Below, piece by piece: positions 1 to 11,185 of a stretch of 64,000 nucleotides of DNA (position 1 is the first letter of the stretch; each line of letters starts with the position of its first letter). The position numbers and the translations under genes were made by a program. The notes below the pieces were generated by a model that worked only from the letters and a program-made list of their open reading frames with translations, did not search any database and was not told the DNA's origin. The stretch is from Piromyces finnis finn (Eukaryota; Fungi; Neocallimastigomycota). The stretch covers positions 53,836-117,835 of the forward strand of contig MCFH01000094.1 in the NCBI GenBank assembly GCA_002104945.1, read 5' to 3'.

Positions 1-1002
1 TATATTTACTTTAAAATAACTTTTTATAAATTTTTTATTTATTTAATAATAATAATATAAATGATATTATAAGTAACTATATAATTAAGATTATAACTAT
101 AATCTTTACAAAGAATTAAAATCGAATTCAATTCATTCTCTTTTATATTCTTTGTTCAGATTATTAAATTGATATTAATAAGAATAAAGTATTACATGTA
201 ATATATTAGTAATATAATTAAATAAGTAATAAGATTGTTTATTTGTTTGTTTGTTTGTCATGACATAAAATAAAATAAACATATGATTAATCATTTAAAC
301 AGTTGATCCTAATTAGTAATTATAAAAACTATTCAATTAATAATTCATCATTATTAATTGATATTACCATAACATATTTGTTATAATTAAATAATTATTA
401 TTTTCAAAATTATTTCTAATAAAACTTGCCGTTAACCTATTTTATAATAATTAAAATTATTTAATTTATAGGTGTTAACTGTTACACCTAAATGGGTCTA
501 GTTCTATTTTTAGTAACAATCGTTATCATTAATTAAATTAATATAACTAAAATTCCTATTGATATATTTTTAATTTCATCAAGTCATAAGAAATATTTAT
601 GATCCATACTTGATATCATATTGATTTTAATTTACCTAATAAAATCTTTAAATGATCATAACTTCCTTAAATGATCAGTTAGAAGGACCGCGATTGTACC
701 AAATTGTAGCTTTCTTCCTAAGCTTTCCAATAAACCTAGTTTCATCACCGTAGCACTTACAGCCGTAGCGATCGTTTTTGGCGAGTTACACCTTATTTCG
801 TACTTGCTTATTTTTGGTTAAGGGTTATAGTGTATTGATATTAAATTTTTGAAATCATAACCCTTTCACTGAATCAAAATTTAAAAGGTGACTTTTAAAA
901 GTGTTTTAAAATAATTATTGAAATTATTTAATTATAATTATTATGTTTAATTAATTATAGATATTATCTGAATTTGTTTTAAATCCAGTTAATATCTTCA
1001 CA
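1..1002. mobile_element. Solo LTR, family H (left end outside window)
   Basis: Near-identical inverted copy at 17828-~18700; ends ATCTTCACA at 1002, 66 bp upstream of tRNA-Ala. Confidence 0.75.
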
Positions 1003-1053
1003 AATTTTCTACTAATATCAAATTTATAATATATTTATAATTATTATTTATCA
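1003..1053. mobile_element. Terminal remnant of a D/J-type LTR
   Basis: Ends ATTATTTATCA, the reverse complement of the TGATAAATAAT terminus of families J and D; 15 bp upstream of tRNA-Ala. Confidence 0.5.
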
Positions 1054-1068
1054 AAAATATTACAAGCT

Positions 1069-1140
1069 GGGGATATAACTCAGTGGTAGAGTGCTTGCTT
1101 TGCATGCAAGAAGCCTCGGGTTCGATCCCCGATATCTCCA
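1069..1140 (+). tRNA. tRNA-Ala: tRNA-Ala(TGC)
   Basis: Cloverleaf: acceptor GGGGATA/TATCTCC, anticodon arm CTTGC-TT TGC AT-GCAAG, T-loop TTCGATC. Confidence 0.97.
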
Positions 1141-1496
1141 TTAATTATTTTATACTTATAATATTAAAATATGAATATATAATGTATAAATTTATTTTAT
1201 TAAGTAAATGTGAGAATTATTTAGAGTATAATTGTATTTGAGTTTATAAATTAAGATATATTCTATTAAATATATAGTTAACACTATTAAATTTTAATAA
1301 TATATAATAAATATAGTATTTATAGAATTATTTTATTTAATTTTTTATTACATATAGATGATAATTACAAAATATTTAAATATTGAATTTACTATAAAAT
1401 GAACATTAATAATCTTACAAAGAATTTTTAAAATTATTCTTTATTCCTCTTATTTATACTTTCATTTTTTAATATAATATTGATATTAATAAAGTC

Positions 1497-1645
<149 letters not shown>

Positions 1646-2360
1646 TCTTTTATAATTTAAAATATTTTTATAAAGTAAACTATCATTAATAATATATTAT
1701 TATTTTTTAGCCACAAAATACATTTCTCCTATTTATTAAAATAATCGTAATAATGGTTATTGAAAAAATGTCTACTGTTTCTTATTGCTAAATGGTTATG
1801 ACCTTTCTGGTCTGTTATATCGAAATTTCAGCCTAAACGCACTTTCATACATTCATATGACTAATAATTGTACTATATTCTTTAATCATATGATTTTGTC
1901 ACATATGATTCTGTAGACCATGCATATTAATCATCTAAATGTTCCACTTCTTATGAGAAATGAATTTACATTTTTGGCTTGTTTATCTATGTCAATACAC
2001 ATTATTAATCTTCTAATTTAATATGTATCATGTACACTTGTTCATTTCAGGTAGGTAAGATAAGTGTTATTATAATGATTATAAACTAGAATTCTTTATC
2101 TTATTTTAACAATATTATCTAACACATAACAAAACAAAGGGGTGCATATTCGAACTAGAGGCAAAACATTATTATATTAATACTTTAATCAATTAATAGT
2201 TTCAAAATTACTATATTACATTGTTATTTTAAGAAAAAAATTCACAAAAAGAAAATTAACAACTTTTTTATAAAAATTTATACCTATCGACGGAATATAA
2301 CCACCTATCTTTGCTTTACAAAAAATAGGTTTTACTACTAATTCAAACATACATTAAATT

Positions 2361-2431
2361 TGAGTTAACCGGGAATCGAACCCGAGTCATTTGCTTGGAA
2401 GGCAATTATTCTATCTCTATACTATTAACTC
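2361..2431 (-). tRNA. tRNA-Gly: tRNA-Gly(TCC) with degenerate D-loop (possible pseudogene)
   Basis: GAGTTAA/TTAACTC acceptor, CT TCC AA anticodon loop, GGGTTCGATTCCC T-arm; D-loop reads AGAGAT rather than AGTGGT. Confidence 0.82.
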
Positions 2432-2447
2432 TTTATTTATTTACTGT

Positions 2448-3306
2448 TGTTAAGGAATGAACATAAATAGTTGAATTAGCTAGAATTTTAGGATTTAACC
2501 TTCAACTATTTATATTCCTTACTAGTGTTTAACTCTATTTTTAAAATATAAAAATTATAATATATAATTTTTATACATTTTTCTAGTAATTATTAATATT
2601 TTTATTATATAGTTATATTATTTGTATATAGTTATTTAAGACCTTTATTATTAGTATTAGTATAATTACTTATAATATTTTATACTTATAAAATTTTACA
2701 AAATTTTATTATTAAAATAGTTATAGGTATTTTATTATTATTTAAGGTTTATTTTATTAATTAACTTTATTGTATAATATTTTATAATTTGAAATTATGA
2801 CATAGAATTTAATTATAATTTTTACTAAAAGAGGCAACTGTTACACACAAAACAGAAGATACCTCGACAGAAAAATTATTATTTATGTCTAAAAAAGGGC
2901 ATAATTAATTGAATAATATAATTTTATTATATGTCATAATTAAATATATAATATATGATATGCAAAAATGTTACACATATCATAAATTAAAAATTTATTA
3001 ATTATAAATTAAAAATTTTTCTATTCAAATATTAAGAGATTATTCATAATATATATTAAGGATTTAATTAATATATGTTACAGTGAATGATCCATATATT
3101 ATGAATGAAATCAATTTAAATCCTTAGCTATCCAAAACCATTAAATTTCAAATAATGGATAGTTGGAAAAAGTACGAGGATTTTTGAGAAAAATTTTAAA
3201 AATTGAAAAATCAAAAATAAATTAAATGAATAAAAATTAAAATTAAATAAATTTTTATTTTTATAACTATTCAAGTGTTTTGTGATATCTTATTTGAACC
3301 GTAGCA
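2448..3306. mobile_element. Solo LTR, family C
   Basis: TGTTAAGG...CCGTAGCA; 4-bp TSD CTGT (2444-2447 and 3307-3310); inverted copy at 13158-14017; 16 bp upstream of tRNA-Gly. Confidence 0.9.
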
Positions 3307-3309
3307 CTG

Positions 3310-4111
3310 TGATAAATAATGAAATTAATAAATATAAAATTATTATTAAACCTGATTTTTAAGTTAACCCTAAAAGTAACTTAAAACAAGTTATAGTTTA
3401 ATTAAGTACTTTACCAAAATTCTTAAATAAAATTAATCCTAAACACTACATATATTTTGATTATTGAAAGAAAATAATAAACTTTAATTAATCGAGATCA
3501 AAATATATAACTCTTGTTAAATTAATTGTTAAATTAAATATTTAATAACTTCGTTAGTAAATTACACTTTAAAAGTAAACAAATATAATAATTCATGTTA
3601 TAAAATAATATAATTAAACACCTTTATTAAAACATTAAAAATAATTATTACTTTAATTAATTGTAAAATAAACAACTTTTTATATTTTTTAACTTTTAAT
3701 TATTTCTTTTATTGTTATTTCTAATTACTTTTATTGTAAATAGTTATTAATTTTATTGTTTTAATGTAAATAGTTTAAATCTAAAAGAAAATATAAATAC
3801 ATGTAAATATTCTTATTTTAATCATTATTATTATTATTAATAAAGAAATATTATATAGTTAGATTAATATTTTATAATTTTAATAATCACTTTTATACTT
3901 AAATAAATAAAATTTTAAATATTTAAATATTAGAAAAACAAGTGTTTCTAATAAAACAATTTAGTGTTTTAACAAAACAATTTTATTAATTTTTATTAAA
4001 ACGATCTTAAATCTTAATCAATATAACTTATATAGTTATAACAAAAGATATAATATAATAATCACTTTTTGAAGTAAAATTCAAAATTAAGATTATTACC
4101 AAATTATATCA
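3310..4111. mobile_element. Solo LTR, family J
   Basis: TGATA...TATCA termini; TSD ACTG (2443-2446 and 4112-4115); first T duplicated by the later C insertion; second copy ~22829-23639. Confidence 0.82.
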
Positions 4112-4117
4112 ACTGAT

Positions 4118-4983
4118 TGTAATAATTCCATTATAAATTATTATATAATAGAATTATTAACTACAATTTATTGATAAATTGAGAATAAAAAGAAAATAAA
4201 TATTAATACTTATCTTTAAGTTCGAGTTTATTATAAGAGTAGAAATAATTTTACACTTTAATAAGTTAATATGTTTTATTATAACTAAGTTAAGTAAAAT
4301 AAAATTAAAAACGCTTTTATTATTATAATTTGTTTCTTATAATAATAACTCTTGATTTATTAGAAGGGAATCAAGAGTCTTTATTTATATTATTTAATAA
4401 ATTTAAAGTTTAAATTAAAATTTTATCTAATCTTAACAAAATAATTTTTTGTTTAGGAAAAGATTAGAAGAAAAACCTAAACAAAGTTCGATCAACATTC
4501 TATACATATTGATCATCGTATATTTTAAGTAAAACCAATTATTTTAGAAATTGGAAAAAACCTTAAAATATCGATTCCTAAACAATGAATAATTATTTTA
4601 AAGTAATTAATTAAATAAATAATTAAATATATTTGATAAAAATATAAAGTTAAATAAAAGTAATTAATTAAATTAATTAATTAAATGAATAAATATAATT
4701 AATAAAAATATAAAGTTAAATAAAAGTAATTAATTAAATTAATTAGTTAAATGCATAAATATAATTAATAAAAATATTAAATAAAATATTAATGAATAAT
4801 ATAATTAAATGGCTAAATGTAATTTAAGATATTAAAATTAAGTGAAAATAAATAATTAAAATAAATTTAAATGAGAATAATTATTTAAATAAATTAATAT
4901 TATTAACATTAATTAATGATTAATAATTAATGATTTTAACTAAGAAATATTAATTATGTATCAAATAATTATTATTTCTTACA
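4118..4983. mobile_element. Solo LTR, family P
   Basis: TGTAATAATTCC...ATTTCTTACA; near-identical inverted copy at 14021-14886; no clean TSD here. Confidence 0.8.
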
Positions 4984-5995
4984 TACATAAACAGTGTAAA
5001 AGGTTTTTATATTATTAGTTAATAAGTTACTAATTAGTTAATTAAGTTAGTTATTACCTCTCTATACGAGTTAATAACTAAATAAAGTTTTATAAAAAAT
5101 AATAAAAGAAAGAAAATAAATATTATAACACTAAAATAAATATAAACACTTATATAAATATTTTATGAAATAACTTTTACTTAAATAATTATATTTTAAT
5201 TATATCTTTTATTTATTTATTATAATTATCTACATTAATTTTATTATAGCTATTAATTTACTTTAATACTAACGCTAAAGTATTTAACGTTAGTTTTGAC
5301 TATACTATTTAACTATATGAGTTTATTTTCTTTACCACTTGATTGGGTAAAGCAAATAAACTTCCTATTTAATTAATAACCATTAATATATGGTTATACA
5401 TATATTTGGCCAATAAATGATGACCAGAATATATGGTTTCAATTGAAATATTTGTGGGCAAACTTATGGCCACTGTAAAATATTGTATTAATAGAATAAT
5501 GTATTTTAATACGTATTTAAAATAATGTATAATGTATCGAATTAATGTACCGTAAATCTTTACAAAATTTATATCACAATACATTAACATAAATCTATGT
5601 GAAATATAAAGTTACGATAAAATAATGTATTACAATACATTAACATAAATTTATGTAAATTTAATTTTATGATAAGATAAAGTTTTTGATGATAAAATAA
5701 ATTTTTTAAATTAAATAATTTTTAACCAATAAATATTTTAGATAAGAAAAAATTTTTTTTATAAACTAAGCCTCAAAATTAGAAATAAATAAATTAAATA
5801 TATGTTTGAAATATAATCAACCATATAGTAAATAAATCAAAACTTTATTTTAAGTTTAGAAAATTCTTTAGTAAATAAATTGAATTTAAATAGTTTAATA
5901 CAAATAAATTCTTTTAATAAATGCATAAATGTAAACAATGTAAAATTATAATATTAAAACATGTATATTAGAATTTATTCAATTTATTTAAAAAG

Positions 5996-6001
5996 TATAA
6001 A
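5996..6001 (+). promoter_or_regulatory. TATA box of the A1 5' LTR
   Basis: TATAAA about 30 nt upstream of the inferred transcript start at 6032. Confidence 0.55.
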
Positions 6002-6282
6002 TAAAGAAAATTTTTCAACTATTGAAACGATAGTTGGAAAATCGTATAGTTTAGTTATATAGTTAGTTTAGATTATTAGTTTTAATTTAATTAGTTAATA
6101 ATTGATTACCTAGTGAGGGCTCTGGTGAAATAACCTTCACGGTAAAGTAATCAACGGTTGTTTTAGTTTAGTTTAGTTTAATATAATTTAATAAATAAAA
6201 AGTTTAATAATTAATAAATTTATAACTAGTGTTTAGTTTAGTTAGTGTATACAAACCTGAACTTAGAATAGAATATTTTACA

Positions 6283-6293
6283 ATTTTCCAACT
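6283..6293 (+). promoter_or_regulatory. Self-priming PBS of A1
   Basis: ATTTTCCAACT directly follows the LTR and is perfectly complementary to AGTTGGAAAAT at 6032-6042. Confidence 0.85.
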
Positions 6294-6332
6294 TATTAGT
6301 ATAGTAGTTCACCTTTGTATACAAGTAGCAAT

Positions 6333-6379
<47 letters not shown>

Positions 6380-6679
6380 TTTTGTTGTTAGAAATTAATT
6401 TTAGTTAATTTCGGGGAAATATTGAATTATTTGGTATAGAATAATTTGTTGTTGTGATAGTAAATATAGTTTATTAATAGTTAATAAATAGTAATAGTAA
6501 AATTAAAAAAAAAAAAAAAAAAATATTTAGTTTAGTTAATTATTTTGTAATTGAGTTGTTAAATTATTGGTTGGTTTAATATAATAATATAATAATTAGA
6601 AATAGTCAAGTTGAATAGTTTGAATAATTGGAATATTAATTATTGGTTAGTAATTTGTTGTTTATTAAGTAATAGTAAA

Positions 6680-9600
6680 ATGGATAGAAATAGTTATTTA
6701 AGAATAAACAACCGTAGTGATGGAATAGCTGGAGCCAGTGACGCAGGCTCTGAGGCGAGTTCCATGATGGACATTGAGGATGAGACTGGTAAAAGCGTTA
6801 ACACCAGGGGAAGACTCATCCCAAAACCTCCAAGATTTTCAGGAAAAAGAAGTGAACTTCTTTACTTCCTGGCAAGATTGGAGAAATATTTCAAATATAA
6901 CTTAGAAGAAGATGCTACCGACGCCTACAAGCTGGATATCTTGGGATGCTACCTGGAAGGAACCGCCGCCGAATGGTTTGCCGACTTGGAAAGAGAAGAA
7001 AGCCCCCTGTTGAACTCCTATGAAGATTTTATTGAGGCAATGAAGGCTCGCTATAAAACCTGTAACAGTGCCGATGTAGCCAACAGTCGACTTGCAAAGT
7101 TAAAATCAAGCCAATTCAAGAACGTCATGGACTACTGCGAGGAATTTGAGAAGATGGCTAGAGACTCGTCCTTTAATGATGAAGCAAAGATCCATTTCTT
7201 TATGGAAGGTTTACCAACTTCAGTCAAGGAAAAAGCGAAGCTCCTTTACCCAAGAATTAGAAAGATAACTGAGTTAATTAATGTTGTTGCTGCCAATGTA
7301 GAAGTAGAATGGAAAGTCTTCGGAAAGGATCCTATGGATGTCGACGGAAAGAAGAACCGAAGATATAACAGAGACTTAGGAACAAGGTACCTCTCTTATG
7401 GTGTAAAATATAGAAATTATGTAGACCAAGAAAACCCTACCACCTCAGCTAAGCCTAGAAAATGTTTCTTCTGCAAAAGGACTGGACATATTAAGAAGGA
7501 TTGTCCTCAACTTAAGGATAAGGTTATAAATAGACCAAAAGCGTTTATGGCTACTACCGCTGGAAGAAGAATGTTAAATGTTTATGACATTCTATTACAA
7601 GTCAATAATGGAGTGTATCTTAAGGCTCTTGTGGATTCTGGTTCGGACTTAGACTTTTTGGATTGGAAAGCCGTGGACAAGTACAAGATCCCATTCCAAA
7701 GAATGTTTAAGGATAAGTTTGTTGAAGGTATAGGTGGTAATGGATTCTTGAAGTATGAAACAATTCCTTTAATCATGAACATCAAGAATCATAAAGAATC
7801 CATTCAATTCTACCTTACTGATCTTCCTTCTGGTATTTCTGTCATTCTGGGTAAGAATTGGTTAAGAAAACACGATCCTACAATTAGCTTTAAGGATCAA
7901 ACTCTTGAATTCAAATCCGAATTCTGTTCTTTGAATTGCTGTGCTACTCCAGAAGACATGAAAAGAAGAAATCAAGAAGCGCAATTGGCCAAAGAAGAAA
8001 AAAGAAGAAAAGAAAAGGAACTCGTACAAGAAATACTTAACAATTATAAGAATAGTTTAAAAATTAGAGAAAGTGAAATTAGGAATAAAGAAAATAGAAA
8101 AATTATAGATAAAAATAAAAATTCATGTATTAAAAAGAAATGTAGTAAAAATTTAAAATTAAATAAAAAGAATGTTCAAAAGTATATTGTATGTAGTGTT
8201 CTTTCAAATGATGAAAATAGTGGTGAAGATGTTAGAGAAAATATTGTAGAAATTCCAGATGTATATAAGGAATTTGAAAATGTATTTGATGAAGTTGAGT
8301 GTAATGAACTACCTCCACATCGAATATACGATTGTAAAATAAGATTGAAAGATAAAGATAACTTATTTTATGGTCCTTTATACCCTCTAACAGAAGAAGA
8401 AAGGAATACGCTAAAGGAGTATATTTCTGAAAATCTAGAAAAAGGATTTATAAGACCGTCTACTTCACCTGCTGGAGCACCTGTGCTATTTGTTAGGAAA
8501 AAGGATGGAACTTTAAGATTGTGTGTTGATTACCGAAGACTCAATGAAAACACAATCAGGGATTCATATCCACTACCTCTCATATCTGAATTATTCGATA
8601 GATTAAGAGAAGCCAAAGTTTTTACTAAACTTGATCTCAAGTCTGCTTATAATCTAGTTCGAATAAATGAAGGTGATGAATATAAGACTGCATTTAGGAC
8701 AAGATTTGGTCACTTTGAATATCTTGTCATGCCGTTTGGATTAAAAAACGCTCCTGCAACTTTCCAACATTTTATCAATGATGTTCTCGGGGAATACTTG
8801 GATGAATTCGCCTTTTCTTATATTGATGATATTCTTATCTATTCGAAAAACTTGGAAGAACACCGAAAGCATGTAAAGAAAGTTCTTCAAAGATTAAAAG
8901 AAAATGGTCTTTATGCGAAACTTAGCAAATGTGAATTTGAAACTTCAGAAACTACTTTCTTAGGGCATGTTATCTCAGATAAAGGAATCTCTATGGATCC
9001 AAAAAAGGTTAAAGCTATTATGGAATGGCCTGTGCCAACATCTGTTAAAGAAGTTCAGTCGTTTATTGGATTATGCAATTATTATAGAAGATTTATTCCA
9101 AACTTTGCTAGTATTGCTAAACCGTTACATAATCTAACTAAGAAAGATGTCAATTTTCATTGGCCAGAAGAATGTAATGAAGCTTTTTGTATATTAAAGA
9201 AATTCTTTACCGAGGAACCAATTTTAATTCATGCTGATCCTGAATTACCTTTTGTGGTTGAGACAGATGCAAGTAATTTCGCAATCGGTGCCGTATTATC
9301 TCAAAGATTACCGGATAATAACGAGCTTCATCCAATTTGTTATTATTCAAGAGGATTGACTAAATCGGAAAAGAACTACCCAATTTATGATAAAGAACTT
9401 TTGGCTGTTATTGAAGCTTTGAAACAATGGAGACATTACTTAGAAGGAGCTAAGCATCAATTTATGATCTACACAGATCATAAAAATCTTACTTTTCCAA
9501 GGAAGCCCGAATTATTATCGCAAAGACAAATTCGATGGAATTTGTTCTTAACACGTTATGACTTCAAAATACAATATAGACCGGGTAAAGAAGGTGGAAA

Positions 9601-11185
9601 ACCTTATGCTTTTTCAAGACGCCCTGATTATGAAAAGGAAAAAATTAATAAAGAAGATGAAGAAGCTTATTCCTGTTTGACAGTCAAAGAAATTGAAGAT
9701 ACTTTATGTCTTGTGTCTATTCGAGGAAATCTTAAAGAAGATTTAATTAAAGAAATTAAAGAAGATGAAGAAATTAAAGAGTTAATAAAAATACTACAAG
9801 GAAAATCTACCGCAAATAAGAAGTATAAGAAATTAATGAAAAATTTTAAGTTAAGTGAAGAAGGAATTCTTTTGTATAAAAGTTTAATTTATGTACCAAA
9901 GAAAATGAGAAATACAATAATCTCGATGCATCATGATAATCCAATTCATGGTCATTTTGGTATTATCAAAACAAAAGAATTAATTACAAGAAACTTTGTT
10001 TGGATAAACATGACTCAAGATATAGTTAAGTTTATTGCTTCTTGTAAAGTTTGTGGAGCTGCTAAGGTTGATCGTCATAGACCTTATGGACTTTTACAGC
10101 CGCTACCAACTCCTGAAAGACCGTGGTCTTCTGTTTCTATGGATTTTATAACTGATTTGCCAAAGTCAAAGGAAAAAACAGTTATAATGGTTGTTGTGGA
10201 TAGATTAACGAAGATGGCTCACTTTATTCCGTTTAGAATGATTCCTACTGCTCAAATTGCTGCTGATGTTTTCTTTAGAGAAGTTTTTCGTTTACATGGT
10301 CTACCTGATGAAATAATATCGGATCGAGGAACCCAGTTTACTTCAGAATTTTGGCAAAGATTATGCACTTTGTTGAACATAAAGCACAATATCTCGAGTG
10401 CTCATCATCCTCAAACAGACGGGCAGACTGAACGTGTAAATAGTATTTTAGAACAATTTCTTAGATGTTATATTAACAAAAGAAAAGATAACTGGATGAA
10501 CCTTTTGCCTTATGCTGAATTTGCGTATAATAATACACTTCAGCAATCCATAAATCAAACACCATTCTTTGCAAATTATGGGCAAAATCCAAGATTTAGT
10601 ACCGAAATTCCTGCTGATAGCGACAATAGAAGAGCTAACAGGCACGCCTCTCAGATGCAAGATAATATTAAATTTTTAAAGAAGAACTTAGAAAAAGCCA
10701 AGGAAAGATATAAGAAGTATGCCGATTGTATTAGACTTATTGGACCTAAGTTAAAGGTTGGTGACTTAGTTTGGTTAAAGCGTCCTGACTTACTTCCTAA
10801 AGGACCTCCAAAATTAGCAAATAAGAAACTTGGACCATTTAAGATTATTGAGAAAACAGGACCTGTTTCTTATAAATTGGAACTACCAGAAAGTTTAAGA
10901 TGTCATCCCGTTTTCCATATTTCGAACTTAGAACCTTATGTTGAAAGAGAAGTTGAAGTGAATGAATCAACTTCTAGAATTCCAAACATTGCTACTGATT
11001 CTACTGAAGGAAGAATTCCATTGAAAATTGTTAGTGAAAAAGTTGTTAATGGAACCAAGTACTACTTTATGGTTTGGAAAAACTTATTACCTTCAGAAAG
11101 TACATGGCTTAAAGAAGATGAAATCGATGACCCTCAAATGATCCAGGAATACCTTAAATATAAGTCGCTCAGGGGCTCGACTTAA
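6680..11185 (+). CDS. gag-pol: Gag-Pol polyprotein with chromodomain (first ATG; frame open from TTG 6611)
   Basis: CCHC CFFCKRTGHIKKDC, protease LVDSGS, RT YIDD, RNase H ETDAS, integrase HHCC/DDE, GPF motif, C-terminal chromodomain (YYFMVWK...STW). Confidence 0.96.
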   Translation: MDRNSYLRINNRSDGIAGASDAGSEASSMMDIEDETGKSVNTRGRLIPKPPRFSGKRSELLYFLARLEKYFKYNLEEDATDAYKLDILGCYLEGTAAEWFADLEREESPLLNSYEDFIEAMKARYKTCNSADVANSRLAKLKSSQFKNVMDYCEEFEKMARDSSFNDEAKIHFFMEGLPTSVKEKAKLLYPRIRKITELINVVAANVEVEWKVFGKDPMDVDGKKNRRYNRDLGTRYLSYGVKYRNYVDQENPTTSAKPRKCFFCKRTGHIKKDCPQLKDKVINRPKAFMATTAGRRMLNVYDILLQVNNGVYLKALVDSGSDLDFLDWKAVDKYKIPFQRMFKDKFVEGIGGNGFLKYETIPLIMNIKNHKESIQFYLTDLPSGISVILGKNWLRKHDPTISFKDQTLEFKSEFCSLNCCATPEDMKRRNQEAQLAKEEKRRKEKELVQEILNNYKNSLKIRESEIRNKENRKIIDKNKNSCIKKKCSKNLKLNKKNVQKYIVCSVLSNDENSGEDVRENIVEIPDVYKEFENVFDEVECNELPPHRIYDCKIRLKDKDNLFYGPLYPLTEEERNTLKEYISENLEKGFIRPSTSPAGAPVLFVRKKDGTLRLCVDYRRLNENTIRDSYPLPLISELFDRLREAKVFTKLDLKSAYNLVRINEGDEYKTAFRTRFGHFEYLVMPFGLKNAPATFQHFINDVLGEYLDEFAFSYIDDILIYSKNLEEHRKHVKKVLQRLKENGLYAKLSKCEFETSETTFLGHVISDKGISMDPKKVKAIMEWPVPTSVKEVQSFIGLCNYYRRFIPNFASIAKPLHNLTKKDVNFHWPEECNEAFCILKKFFTEEPILIHADPELPFVVETDASNFAIGAVLSQRLPDNNELHPICYYSRGLTKSEKNYPIYDKELLAVIEALKQWRHYLEGAKHQFMIYTDHKNLTFPRKPELLSQRQIRWNLFLTRYDFKIQYRPGKEGGKPYAFSRRPDYEKEKINKEDEEAYSCLTVKEIEDTLCLVSIRGNLKEDLIKEIKEDEEIKELIKILQGKSTANKKYKKLMKNFKLSEEGILLYKSLIYVPKKMRNTIISMHHDNPIHGHFGIIKTKELITRNFVWINMTQDIVKFIASCKVCGAAKVDRHRPYGLLQPLPTPERPWSSVSMDFITDLPKSKEKTVIMVVVDRLTKMAHFIPFRMIPTAQIAADVFFREVFRLHGLPDEIISDRGTQFTSEFWQRLCTLLNIKHNISSAHHPQTDGQTERVNSILEQFLRCYINKRKDNWMNLLPYAEFAYNNTLQQSINQTPFFANYGQNPRFSTEIPADSDNRRANRHASQMQDNIKFLKKNLEKAKERYKKYADCIRLIGPKLKVGDLVWLKRPDLLPKGPPKLANKKLGPFKIIEKTGPVSYKLELPESLRCHPVFHISNLEPYVEREVEVNESTSRIPNIATDSTEGRIPLKIVSEKVVNGTKYYFMVWKNLLPSESTWLKEDEIDDPQMIQEYLKYKSLRGST

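Noticed and set aside
1745-2160. Slightly higher-GC island as a pseudogene or alternative-code ORF
   Set aside because: I translated all six frames by hand; stop density is near random expectation and no motif was recognisable.
5369-5590. 73-aa ORF
   Set aside because: Spans the I/A LTR junction; non-coding.
7582-7785. Antisense ORFs in gag-pol (also 10448-10660, 47815-48027, 50690-50893, 51656-51895, 32413-32631, 32513-32839, 33497-33751, 35420-35836)
   Set aside because: Shadow or alternate frames of the long ORFs; duplicated only because the elements are.
11164-11172. GTCGCTCAG shared between the family A 3' end and hairpin cores 4-7, as a possible small-RNA target
   Set aside because: Only 9 nt, noticed post hoc, and absent from cores 1-3.
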